A program made the position numbers and the translations under genes. This document shows, in pieces, positions 21,501-37,775 of a stretch of 64,000 bases of DNA; positions within the stretch are counted from its first letter, which is position 1, and every line of letters begins with the position of its first letter. This DNA comes from Anthoceros angustus. Its lineage: Eukaryota > Plantae > Anthocerotophyta. Where the stretch lies: the NCBI GenBank assembly GCA_010909165.1, contig MU008163.1, positions 1,798,001 through 1,862,000 of the forward strand, read 5' to 3'. Below the pieces are notes generated by a model, which saw only the letters and a list, made by a program, of their open reading frames with translations, had not been told where the DNA came from and made no database searches.

Positions 21501-22521
21501 GGGTGTGGACTGGTCCGTGGATCGCGAAGTTCATAGGGTTGCTGTCGAGGGAGAGCAGATGCTTGATGTTGCAACTTGTAGTGAGGTAGGTAGAAGGAGT
21601 GTAATTGAACAGTCGTGCCGAGCGCCTTTGTCTTTTCATGTTTTTCACGTTGTTATCACGAGCTCCTCCAGTTTCTCCGGCTTTGCAATTGCTCGAAGCT
21701 GAGTGATGTGACATAGTATGCTGTACAGTTGATGTACCACGGTTTTGAAGGCGTTGCCAATTTGTGCTCAACTCGTTGCTGCATTAGAACACTGTATCTT
21801 GAGCAACACTGCATTTCTGTTCACCCTCTTCGTGGTCCCTGAAACCTTGACAAAAAAGCAAGGCGGGAAGCACGTCTCTCGCACTACACCCTGCCTACAT
21901 GTGGTGTTGTTGGTGAGAGTTTGGACCCCTGGATCTTGCAATATTGGTCCCTCGGCAGCATGCTAGTCTGCAACACGTGATTCTCCATGCTGCTCTGGCC
22001 TTCCATGATGAAGCTCACAGACACACGATTGTGCTGCACCAGCTGGGCCAGGTGGAGGAATTTCAGGCTGTTATGTGCCGGTCTGACCGGTGCAAGTGCT
22101 GTAGCCGGCAGAGAAAAAGCGGTTTACAGGCCTCCTAACCATTAGCGGGTTTCGGCCAATCCAGCAATTCAGAGATCCCCAAACTTGAGACGGGTTGAGC
22201 GAGCTGCTGCGTTTTAGTCTGATGTGTGAATACCTAGGGTCTCGTTGGCCTGCCGCCATCGCAACCCGCCGCCGTGCCACCAACGCGGTTCGAGTTGGAG
22301 ACATACCCACAAGTTCCTGTTCTAAGAACTACGAATGAACGGGGCCGCCTGTTGTGAAAAGCCCTACGGAGACGCCTGTTGTAAAAAGCCTCGATGAGAG
22401 CTTACGCGCTCGGCTCTTCTATATATGCAAGCTCACCCATACCCCCATCTCTACTTATTCAAATAGATTACACTCACCCGCTTGTTCCTCACGAGCTGTT
22501 GTTCCCCCTGGAACAACAACG

Positions 22522-26314
<3,793 letters not shown>

Positions 26315-28346
26315 AGTGGGAAGGTGTATTGTCATCATGGATACAATGTCCACACTATCAAGAACTGTAACAGATATGGGGCGCAATTATTGAGAAGCAA
26401 ATGTAGATGGGACTGGACTGTTTGCCTCCAATGCCCAATGTCTCAAGACCAGAGCACAAACACAAGTGGGGTCTCCACTTGCACCCCAGATGTTGCTTAC
26501 TCTGGTGATTCAGGTATGAGCCCCTTGTCCAGCCTGCTCCTCCTGTATTGATCTTTGCAACAGGAGTCAGCTATTTTCAACCCTCCAGCAGTCTGACACT
26601 GGCGTCTGCCTGCAGTTCCCATCTTGCTGTCAGCCGTGGAAGTAATAGAGACGTCGTTAAATGTCCCTCGATATCACCAACGGAAAATCACAGATGTAGG
26701 TCAAATCTTCAACTGTCTTTGCTGGACTTCCGTAAATGCAAATGTGCGTGGTTTTCATATCTCATTTTTGTTTTCTGTAGCAGGCTGCATCGCAAAGTAA
26801 TTTTTCTCCGGCCACAACCCATGCGTCTCCGCCATGTCTCCATCGACCTAGCTGCAGTTGACGAACAGGTAAAGTAGCAGCAAAAGTGGAATATTTCTTT
26901 AGAAGAATATACCGAAGTGTCAACTCAAGTCAAGTTTTATTTATGTAACTAACCAATGACCCGGGCATGCTTACTTGTCCTCCTTATCCATTGACCTTTC
27001 CAATAACTTTTCATGTAGGTAACACCTATTACACATCTATAACTGGTGCACGCATCCTAATAAACTGTTTCTGTTAAGTGTGCAGCTGTCCGGTCGACTA
27101 TCCGGTCAATGCGTGTCTATGGAAGTGAGGAAGTCTGTGCGTACAGACACAGCGGACAAATAACTGGCGGCCGCCCCAGTCGTTTGTACATCTGGGAATG
27201 TGGGGAATCTGACCCTGTTCACACTGTAGTCCGACAAGGTTCCACCCGATTATTTCGGCAGCCGGGTGGACCAATCCTGTCCAGATACAGGGCCCATAAC
27301 TCGATATGTTTCATTATCTTTATTTATTGAATTGAGAGCGATGACACTGTACACCTAGGTAGGTATGTAGATCATATATCTACTTCGCTGGAACCAGCTG
27401 CAACGGCAGCGGGACTCAGTTCATTGTCAGAGCTCTTGGACCGTCCCAAAGAGAGTGTTGTCTTGACCCGAGGATCGCCTGATGACAATTTGATCTTTGC
27501 CACGAATCCCCTTTTGCTCGGAATTCCGCTTGCTGGCGCTTGACGGGACTGAAGCAGCGGTGAGAAACTCGCGATTAAAGAGTCGCCCGATGCACCTTTC
27601 CTTGCTTCTCTCGGAGCTTGTCTTGTACTTGGTTCATTCATTTGCTGTGTATGAAGAAAACGGTTGCTTCCGGAAGGTTGTGAGAGCCATTCAAGCATGC
27701 GGTTTATCTCGGTTGGTCTCTCACATTGAGAAAATTGAGGTGGATTGGAGTGTTCAGCTAACTGCACCGAAGTTGGTGTGAGAGTAGAAGCGCTCCTCTT
27801 GCGTGCTGACTCTTGTGGTGTCCTTTTGTCTGCCGCAAGTGGTGCTCTTGCTCAGACACCACGCCTGAGAACGGACCAGCGCCTTCTTGTGATATACATT
27901 GTCCTTCCTCTTCACAGAAAGTCTTGATGGAATAGCCGCAAGGAGAGGAATACCTTGTTGCTTCAGACTATTGAGAGGCTGGGAGGAGCCTTCTCCAGAA
28001 AGGTAAGGACCGGAGAACCGTGCTTTGGTAAGGCCCTGGAGAATCGTGTTTTTCCTTGTTATGTGATATGCGGTAGACGTGCAAGAACGGCGCGCATGAT
28101 CGTAATTTTCTCAGGGCCGTCTTAAGATGAAGGTTTTCATTCAGATTCCACTGGAAATTTTCCGGATCCATGCCGGACGCAGATGATATGAGCAGCTTGA
28201 GTTTCCTGTCTCAGATTAGCGTGTTTGTCGAAGAATTGTTGTTGTGCGTTCTAGAGTTTCACTCCGTTTTTGTCGTTGTGAGAATCGTTGACTGATTAGT
28301 CGTTTTCTGATTAGTTGTTGTGAGAGTCGTTGTCTGATTGTCAGAA

Positions 28347-31147
28347 ATGGCAACGCACGAGGGGAATCGAGAGTCAGTTCTGGAGGAAGGCACCACCAGG
28401 TCGGGAGAGTATGGATTAGGTGGAGACCTATCCACTACAATCGATCATGGCGGTATTAGACAGCGACACAATGGAATTCGTGGGGACAAGCATGTACCGG
28501 CTGGTGAAGAGCTTTTTGAAGGTGTTGAAGTTCCGCCATGGAAAGAGCAAATCACATTTCGTGCCTTGGCTGTGGGGGGAGTACTCGGAGCTATCTTTTC
28601 TCTTATAACACACAAGCTTGCCTTCACGGTGGGCATCATCCCGTCTTTCAACGTAGCGGCAGGGCTCATGGGTTTCTTCCTGCTCACTTTGTGGACTCGC
28701 GTCTTAAGCTATTTTGGAATGAAGACCAAGCCCTTTACTCGGCAGGAGAATACAGTTATTCAAACGACTGTTATCGCTTGTTGTGGACTGGCTTTTACAG
28801 GTATGAAGGTGACTGTCAATGCCAATGTATCTACGATTCTTACGCACTTGAACATCAAAGACTGTTCCCCTCCGTGAGCCCGTCCCAAACTGTTTTAGCT
28901 GCACAGTTGTCTACACAGTGTGTGGAGTTAGCGGTAATTGCTTCTTTGTTCTTTGAGTTCACACACATGACACCGTTGGTAATGTTCGTTCGTGCAGGTG
29001 GATTCAGCAACTCGCTGCTTGCAATGGACCGACAAAGCTACGAGAATCTCCTTGGACAGAAGGGCAACCTTGAACAAGATATAATAAATCCACATCTTGG
29101 ACGTCTTATTTTGTTCATGTTTCTGATCGGTGTTATTGGTATCTTCTCAATCGTCCCACTTCGCAGGGTACTACCACTTTTGCTTTCTCCTAGCTATTGT
29201 GTTTCATCAGGGATTGCTCCTAATAAAAGAGGAAGGAAAAGATGGAGCTGCCCAAAAAGCTGCTGACAGAAAAGTTGAAAATCCTGCAGATTATGATCTT
29301 AGACTACAAGCTTACTTATCCAAGTGGGACTGCTACGGCTGTGCTGATCAACAGCTTTCATACTCCGCTGGGAGCCGACCAAGCCAAGTATTGATGGGAT
29401 ATTTATGCAGAGCACTGAGGACTTGGAAATGTTTGCAACTCTGGATTCTAACTGGAGCCGTTCTGGTGCTGCAGGAAGCAAGTAAAGCTATTGGGGAAGT
29501 ACTTCAGTATCAGCTTTCTGTGGAGTTGCTTCAAGTGGTTCTTCTCAGGTCGAGCAGATGCCTGCGGATTTGACAATTTCCCTTCGTTGGGTCTGAAGGC
29601 CTTTGACAACAGGTGTGAGGTCATCTAATAAGTCGACTATGTCTCGTCCATCCAACTCTGTGGTGCAAGCCAACCGCTGGTATTCCACAACAGCTCTGAC
29701 GTGTGGGTCTGTTAAACAGGTTTTACTTCGATTTCAGCCTCTCATTTATTGGAGTTGGCATGATTTGTTCCCATATTGTGAACTTTTCTGTCCTTCTGGG
29801 AGCTATTATATCTTGGGGCCTATTGTGGCCCTTGATTGGCAACCAGGCTGGGACTTGGTATCCAGAAGGCCTTAAATCATACGATTTCCAAGGCATCACT
29901 GGTTACAGGGTAAGCGTGGACGATTTTGGCTGTCTGTAACCGTTGCCTCTCACAAGTTACTTAGAGCTGATGATCCGTCGCGTCTTTTAGATCTTCCTTG
30001 CTGTTGCTCTTATTCTTGGAGACGGGCTCTACAACTTTTTGAAGATCATGGTACTTACGACCAGGTCTCTTTACAAGCATTATAAGCATCGAAGAAGTGA
30101 CCTTGCTCTCGATGGAGCACAAGGTAGAAATCCTATTCTGAAGTTCATCAGTTTGGAGTTTTTGTTTTGACTTATCCGAATTTCTCTGCCATTCGTATAT
30201 CAGCTTCCAAAATCGAGGCTGTATCTCTGGACGAAGAGAAGCGAAATGAGATATTCAAGAAGGATCAAATTCCCCTATGGCTGGCGTTGGCTGGATACGT
30301 GACACTTGCTGCCATCTCAACAGCAGTTGTACCCCAACTATACAAGCCAGCAAAGTGGTACTTCATATTGATCGCCTACTTGGTTGCGCCGGTGCTAGGT
30401 TTCTGCAATTCGTACGGGATGGGCCTAACAGACTGGAGTCTGATTACCACATATGGAAAACTAGGGCTATTTGTGTTCGCATCCTGGGGGGGTAGTTCGG
30501 GAGGAGGAGTAATTGCAGGCCTCGTAACGGCTACTGTGATGCAAACCATTGTTGGTGCATCAGCAGACTTGATGCAGGATTTCAAGACTGGCTACCTGAC
30601 TTTGTCGTCACCTCGATCTATGTTTGTGGCTCAAATAGTTGGGGTTCTCATGGGCTGCATTTTGTCGCCAACAACATTTTGGTTGTACTGGAACGCGTTC
30701 ACCATCGGTGACCAAAATGGCCAATACAAGGCACCCAATGGCACCATCTTCAGGGCTATGGCTATCATTGGAACAGAAGGATTTTCAGCTCTCCCCAACC
30801 ACTGCTTGCAGATGTGTCTGGGATTTTTTCTCCTGGCAATATGGATCAACACTCTCAGGGACGTTGTGCCCAAGAGGTATGCCAAATACATACCAATCCC
30901 CATGGCGATGGCAATCCCTTTCTACCTTGGAGCCTACTTTGCAATTGATATGGCTATTGGCTCAGTCATCCTCTACATCTGGCAGTGGCGCGACAGTAAG
31001 AAAGCAGAAGCTTATGCCCCCGCAGTTGCGTCAGGCCTCATCTGCGGAGATGGAATTTGGACTGTCCCTTCCGCTATCCTTGCTCTGGCTAAGATCAACC
31101 CTCCAATATGCATGAACTTCATAGCCACCTCATCTACACCAGCCTAA
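28347..31147 (+). CDS. YSL: Yellow Stripe-Like (OPT family) metal-chelate transporter, multi-exon
   Basis: [97 protein letters not shown]. Confidence 0.95.
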
Positions 31148-31379
31148 AACTGTTCTCAAGTTTCAGAAGTAGTCTGGAGAACAGCGTATCTACCTAGCCT
31201 AGAGAGTAGAGGGCTATCAAGCCTTAATTATTCAGGAACATACAATGCCCCTCCCTTGAGGGGCTGCATCAAAACTCTGTTCCCTCTAATTGCATTGCGG
31301 GAAAGAATGGAGTTTGACCAGGCTCTGCGAAGAGCGTTCCCTAGCAAGAGAGTTGACCTGGCCAAATGCAAAACTTGAC

Positions 31380-31676
31380 TCAACCTTTCTGCTTAGCGGC
31401 ATGCTGGCGCCCACGGTGACAGCCAATGCTCATAAGGCGTTTCTTGTCATTAGCAACCTCCGACCTAAGTTCCGAATCCACCAAATAGTTCTGACTTATA
31501 ACCCGCGCAATCTTCTCGATTTCGAACGACGTGAGCTCACTCACCCTGATGTTCTCGCTCAGGCCCAATTGCTGACATACCTGCGCTCCTTTCTTCCGCC
31601 CGATACCATAGATTTGTGTTAAAGCAACCCTGACTGGCTTGTTTTTGGCAAGCAGAGTTCCTAATAAATACGACAT
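31380..31676 (-). CDS. RPS13: Nuclear-encoded mitochondrial-type ribosomal protein S13, lacking the conserved C-terminal tail
   Basis: MSYLLGTLLAKNKPVRVALTQIYGIGRKKGAQVCQQLGLSEN...ELTSFEIEKI...ELRSEVANDKKRLMSIGCHRGRQH; a probable 5-prime UTR intron lies upstream. Confidence 0.85.
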   Translation of the reverse strand: MSYLLGTLLAKNKPVRVALTQIYGIGRKKGAQVCQQLGLSENIRVSELTSFEIEKIARVISQNYLVDSELRSEVANDKKRLMSIGCHRGRQHAAKQKG

Positions 31677-32194
31677 GATGTGCTGCCAAACTGCTGCTTC
31701 ACACCACGATCCTCTCTAGTCTGCAACAAACACAGCTCACAGCTCAAGCGAACAATCAGGATGCCGGAAGGCGTGCAACGGGAGGTTTACGTGCAGTCAG
31801 GCGCAACGTAAAGTGTGCATACAAAGCGCTGCTCCTTACCTCCGCCACAACGCCCGTCCCGTCTCCAGGCGTCACCAGTACGCTTCACACACCAGGAAGA
31901 ACGTGTCCACCGCCCCACCGTTAGGGTGTCGTCCGGAATTATCAGGCTTCCGCATCAAAGCTTCCTCCACGTCGCAGCTCTCGATCTTTACTTGGACTAC
32001 GATGAGTCTGATGAAGGAGGTATATAATGTTCGTTCGACAATTGCACGAAACACGAAACGATGATAACGATGCAGGCAGCTGGCACTGTCTTTGCGATGG
32101 TTCACGACATTGTCTGATGACAGACCTCCACAGCTGCCATACGCCCAGCAACTCCGGACTGCACGGGTTTCACAACGAAGCACGTAAGTTATGC

Positions 32195-32236
32195 AAATGG
32201 GACTGTCCAAATGGGACTGTCCAAATGGGCCTGTCC
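32195..32236. repeat. 14-bp tandem repeat x3
   Basis: aaatgggactgtcc aaatgggactgtcc aaatgggcctgtcc. Confidence 0.85.
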
Positions 32237-32858
32237 ATGCAGAAATCCTTTCACATAGGATTGTCCATTGAAGGATGACCATATTTGGAAGACTTGCAAA
32301 TGCCTTCGTATACAGAATCCTACATGCAATCGGCTACGAGACCTGGCCTGCGGTAGAGGGTCTAACTAACAGGGAACATTGTGGTATCAAGGAGCTCATG
32401 TTCTCCAATGCTGCTCCGGAGACACAACCACGCCCTCCAACAGCTAGACAAACTACTTCATAAATCCGGGCTGACCACAAGGGGCTGAACTTTGCCACAA
32501 TTGAAGGGGCACGGACATCCCACCCAAGCAGCGGGACAACCATACACTTGTAGAGAAACTAATCACTGCAAGTGGCAAAATTTCACTGCATGCCTCCCCA
32601 GAAGGCTCACTCAGCACTATGGGTATCTAAAAACTTCTCCTTGTGAAGCCTCAGAGACAAACATAGCATGTCGTGTTATAGGGGAATAGGCCTGCTTGGT
32701 TAGAAGGGCAAAATTTTACAGATGACTGTACTGAGGACCACAAAAAAGGGAACTAGCCCACCCAGTCTGCGCAGTCAAGAGGATAGGCACAACCCAGTTG
32801 CAAAAATTCTCGAAACATGCCAGGTTGGCTATAGACGCCTCTGAATCCACTGTACCGG

Positions 32859-35245
32859 TCAAAACTCGAATTCACCATTAGCCTGCCCACGCAAAAAATC
32901 ACATCGCCCGGTTCATCAGATCAGGACACACAAGGAGGACGAATAGCAGATTTTCCGCTAGCAACACTGAGAACCGACCTTGACAAAAAGAATATCTTTG
33001 CCGTTCAGATGCATGATCCCGTCCTTTAGCATGCACTTCCACTTGTTCTTCGACCTAGTCACCTACACAACACAAATCCATCAAGATCAACATCTACCAC
33101 TCTTCAGAACAGGAGGGTCTTGAACAAACGGCTATCAGACTTTCAGAAAAAATGAACAGTTTCAAGCAGCCCGTACAACAGTGGACACCTTATCAAACTG
33201 GGCAAAAACTATGTCTTCAGTTGTTGGTTCCACATCCCCTTGGTCATTTTCGTCCAGATCCTCATCGTCATCTTCATTCAAGGGTGGTTCAGAACCCTCC
33301 GATTCAGCAGCAACAGGTTCACTTTTCACGGCTCTTGAAACCTCCTGGGCAGGCTGTGCCTCTGAGGAGACAAGATGTGTAATAGATCTCAGACACACCT
33401 TCATGCTAGGTTTCCAACACACCTCATCACACATGCAACTGCTCTGTATACTTACCTTCCTCTGCTGGCTGGTTATAATCCTCCTCAACAACCCCCTGCA
33501 ACAATGACCAACAACAGTACCGACAGCTCAAGCACTAAACACACCAATTGGGCCTCATTTTTCTGTGGACAGCATATTCACTTCCACACTGGTGTCTAAG
33601 CATAGCATGGAAAGAAGTCAACATCAGCCCTCATCTCACATCATCATAATCATCATTGATGCCATCAAGTTGTGGAATATCTGATGCCCCAGAAGTGTGG
33701 GTAGCTCCAGCCATCCGTGCCATCCTTGAATCTGCCAATATCATATCCTGCTTCCATAAACTCTGGTCAGAATTTCTACCAGCCATCTTCTGAGCATTCC
33801 ACTCTGAAGCACCATCCTCAGCAGTCTGAAAAGACGACAAAAAATCGATCCATCAGATGAAAAACCCCATGACCTGGTGTACACCAACAAAACCAAGGAA
33901 CAGGGCTTGCACCATGGGAATACCTGGGTGCGATTTACTGACGAGTACAACTCAAGACCAATATCCCCAACGCCATCTCTGTGGGACTGAGAAGAGAAGG
34001 GTCCTGGCAGAAAAGAAGACGTCATCTCGTCTCGCTTCCTCTTGCCCGGTGCCAGGGTGAAAAAGTCCTAAGACACATAAACAGGACATACTCAGCATAA
34101 GTTGTAACTAGGGGCAACCAACTGAGTCGTTCTGAGCCTCAAATCACATATCATAATGAATGTTTGGATCCAGTCTTTGACCTTGGTAACTGGGGCTTGC
34201 TCATGCCCGTTTTCTTCTTCTTCTTCTTCACCTTCCTCGTAGGCTGCAACAACAGTTCAATCAGAATGTGCTCTGTGCCACACCAAATTTGAAAAAACGT
34301 TCTAAAATCCCCAAGGACAGAGCTTCAAGACACAACAATCAGGCTCACCGATGTTCACATCAACGCCACGGGGTTTCTGATTCATCCAGGAAGCAGGTTG
34401 CGCCTGCATTTGGGAGCCATCATGAGCACTCAAGACAACGGTGAAAGATCTTTTACATAAATCAAAATTAAAACCAGCATTATCACCATTAACACGAAAT
34501 GATCACAAAACACAGCCGTACAGAAAACCGAAACAACACCATTCCCAACATGAAGAACTGAAAACCAAGGACCCAAGATGTGGTGGTACCATGTACGGAT
34601 CTGGCCTCCCGAGCTTCACTTCCAGCCCCAGCCCACTGTCCGGTTCTGCCGGCGCTGTATTGTACTGCATTACAATCTCCGGGGTGCTCACAATGCTAGG
34701 CGTCTTCACAACACACAGCACCTCCGCGTCAGCGGCAAGCGAACGGATGCCTTCCAGAAACACCATTTCATGCACCACGCACCACCAACAAGCAGCACAA
34801 ACACAAGACGGAGGCAAGCCGGGCCGACCGTAACTCACAGGCGGAAACAAATACTCAGCAGTGGGCGCCTCGTAGTCCTCCGTATGCTCGTAAGGCACAT
34901 TCAAGTCATGCACCGGGGTCGCAGGCACCAGTCCCCCCGCCCTGCCAGCAACCGAGCCCGCATTTTGCGGATACCCAGCACCAGCTGCCTCCCGCCCCGC
35001 CCGCTTGTCCCCCTCAATTGCCCCGGACTGCTGCAATTTGCTCTCCCACAGCTGCACAACCAAGATCACCCCTCAGCACCCCAAACCCCTCCAGGCGCCA
35101 AATTACTCCTCATCCACCGGCCTCTCACCTGTTGCAGCTCATTAAGCACGTGCTCCTCCACCCCGTCGCTCTGAAAATCGCCGCGGACATTATTGATCAC
35201 GTCCTCCACTACCTGGAGGTAGACGGCCGAAACATCCGGCCCCAT
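32859..35245 (-). CDS. TFIIA-L: Transcription factor IIA large subunit (alpha/beta), multi-exon
   Basis: MGPDVSAVYLQVVEDVINNVRGDF..DGVEEHVLNELQQ|LWESKL, PVHDLNVPYE, IPQLDG, acidic tract, IVFAQFDK|VTRSKNKWKCMLKDGIMHLNGKDILFVK|ANGEFEF*. Confidence 0.95.
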
Positions 35246-35830
35246 CACACCGCCCTTCCCGTGCCCACCCAGGTCACCACGCTCCACTGCGATTCAAAGA
35301 AGGATGGGGCAACCATCCATCCCCCGGCACAAGGGGGATCAGCACGTCCCCGCTCGGCACTCCTCCGCCTCCCGCCCTAACCCCTCCCAGCACATGCACC
35401 TCTGCCGATCCGCGCAAAACTCACCAACACCAAAATCGGCCTACTCCGATCCCGCATCCGCCACCGACCGCAATCGGCCTCCCAAATCCCGCCCTGCACA
35501 CAAAACACAACACCTTGGCTCAGAAACGCGCGCTTCCACAGCTCTCGCAAAACCAGCACACGCAGCCGGGCATGGCAGCACACAGCACAGCCGCAGCCAG
35601 AGCGGCTGTCAAGGCAAGCAAGCTTGGCAAGACTCGTGCCTCTTGCTCCGCCCGGCTTCTGGCGGGCAAGGGACTCGAGCCCGCGCTTCCTGCTTTGCCT
35701 GCCTGGGCTATCCTGGCTTGATAGGACCTCGGGTGTCGAGGGTCCGGCAGACGGTGAGCTTTGCTGCCGCGGGTAAAGCGAAAGCGGGTTGCAAGGGAAG
35801 GCCCCAAGGGAAGGTCCGATGAGAGAAAGG

Positions 35831-35888
35831 GTGAGAGAGAGAGAGAGAGAGAGACGGGACCAGTGAGGCTGTAGAGAGTAGAGAGAGA
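35831..35888. repeat. GA-rich microsatellite upstream of TFIIA-L
   Basis: gagagagagagagagagagacggg...gtagagagtagagagaga. Confidence 0.7.
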
Positions 35889-36439
35889 AAGGGGTTGGGC
35901 TGCCTGCTCCTCGCTCTGCCTAAATACCTTTGCCTGTTACATAGATATTCCCATTTCAATGGCCTACTTAACTGCCAGAGTTACCCAGAGCCTCCACGTC
36001 TCCTTCGCGCCAGCCGGGCCCACTTGGTCAGGGTTACCTTAACTGTCTGTCCTAGCCTTTATCCCTACTGATGCATCTCATTCGTCCACCTCTCTTAATT
36101 TTTCCCCTTCTCTTCTATTTCTAGATTACGCTGCAAGCAATGCCCTGCCCCGCCCGGCTCTGCTTGCAAATTCTCCCCCTCACAAAAAGCCTAATGGATT
36201 CCCAACTTCCCCCCGGCTCTTCCATAGGCAGATTCTTCCTGATAAGTACTAATATCTATTGTCAGGATGATGTTCAGAGATAATAATTATCATGTATGTT
36301 AGGATCATGATCCATCCTGTCCATCCATCCCGGGCTGTCTTCTTTATTTTTTTTTAACGGGAAAGACTCTAAAGTAGAAAGTAGTTGTGCTCACTAGCTA
36401 CAAGTCACCAACTTGGTTGATTTACTAGCTTGGGAAAGA

Positions 36440-37012
36440 CGCTAAGGATCATAGTAAAGTGACGAGTAGCTATGCTCAATACCTAAACTCACAACTTGAG
36501 CAAGACTCCAAAGATCACTCTAAGGATCATAGTAAAGTGGACCAGCTATGCTCCATACCTGAAGTCACCGACAACGCCTAAGATGTTTGTTCTATCTATC
36601 ATCTTGCGGGAGACTTCAAGGATCAAAGTAAAGAGAAGGAGCACAAACGAATCCGACTTGGACTCTGAGGATCAAAGTAAAGTGAAGAAACATAGATGAC
36701 TCTAAGAATCAAAGTAAAGTGGAGTAGCTATGCTCCAAACCTAAACTGATTAGCTATGCTCCATTCCCTAAAGTCACCCGATTGTGCCTAAGATGTCATA
36801 ACAAAGGAAATGAAAGGGCCTCCATACCTTCCGAAGAAGATTTCCCTTGCCAAATGTCGTCCTTAGGATTGCACTAATCAATACCCCCGAGAGGACTTTT
36901 GGCACAATCGCTTCTTCCGGACGATACTTTGTTCTACGGATGGCACTAATCAATACCCCCGAGAGGACTTTTGGCACAATCGCTTCTTTTGGACGATACT
37001 TTGTTCTACGGA
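36440..37012. repeat. TE-like repetitive region: recurrent aaggatca(t/a)agtaaagtg...agctatgctcc units, plus a 72-bp tandem duplication at about 36866-37011
   Basis: Motif recurs at about 36442, 36520, 36617, 36667 and 36702; gcactaatcaatacccccgagaggacttttggcacaatcgcttct...ttgttctacgga x2. Confidence 0.75.
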
Positions 37013-37487
37013 ACGTCTGTTGCGATATTTTATTCCGCGGTACTTCGCGGTCATATATAGTCCGCGATGACACTGATTGAGCAATGCTCTTACACAACTT
37101 AGAACTGCTCGAGATCTCAAAGTACGAAGCTAGTACCATGCTCCACCTCGGGAGGGAAAACCTCGATCATAAAATTTAGAACTTCTTGGTTCCTTGTAAG
37201 GACGATAGTACATATATAAGGTGGACTCCATAATTTGTTTTTAACCCCATAATGTCCAAAGATATTTAATCAAGACTTTGGGAATGGTTATAAAATGATT
37301 TGTAAGAAAGTCACAAGTTCACCCCCAAAACGTCTGCTCATGATATGCAGTTTAAACATAGGTCATATTAACTTTATTTTCTCAAAGTATTATCATGATC
37401 ATGTATTCTTGATATATATTCCTATTTTTCATGCCATTCACAAGAGTTGAGTTTTTAATGGACCTCGTCTCTTTTATTGTTACTTAT

Positions 37488-37775
37488 GAAATGACACCAC
37501 CCTCTCATGCTCATCTCTTCCCGTGTTTCTTAGGAAATGACACTGCCTTCTTATGCTCATTTCTTCCGGTACTTCTTAGGAAATGACACCGCTCTCTCAT
37601 GCTAGAAAATGAGACCATTGTCTCATGCTCGTTTCTTCCAGTGTTTCTTAGGAAATGAAATTGCTCTTTCTTCCTGTGTTTCTTAGGAAATGACACCACC
37701 CTCTCATGCGCTTCTTCTAGTGTTTCACAGGAAATGAAATTGCCCTTTTCTTAGGAAATGACACCGCCCTTTCAT
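37488..37775. repeat. Minisatellite, about 35-46-bp variable unit x7
   Basis: Repeated ggaaatgacaccaccctctcatgct...tcttcc.gtgtttctta. Confidence 0.9.

Noticed and set aside
27372-27767. 131-aa ORF upstream of YSL
   Set aside because: No homology recognised, no convincing start codon, and low-complexity Ser/Ala/Arg content.
31872-32543. Short minus-strand ORFs between TFIIA-L and RPS13 as a possible upstream cistron
   Set aside because: They end in stops before the RPS13 intron and show no homology; most likely UTR sequence.
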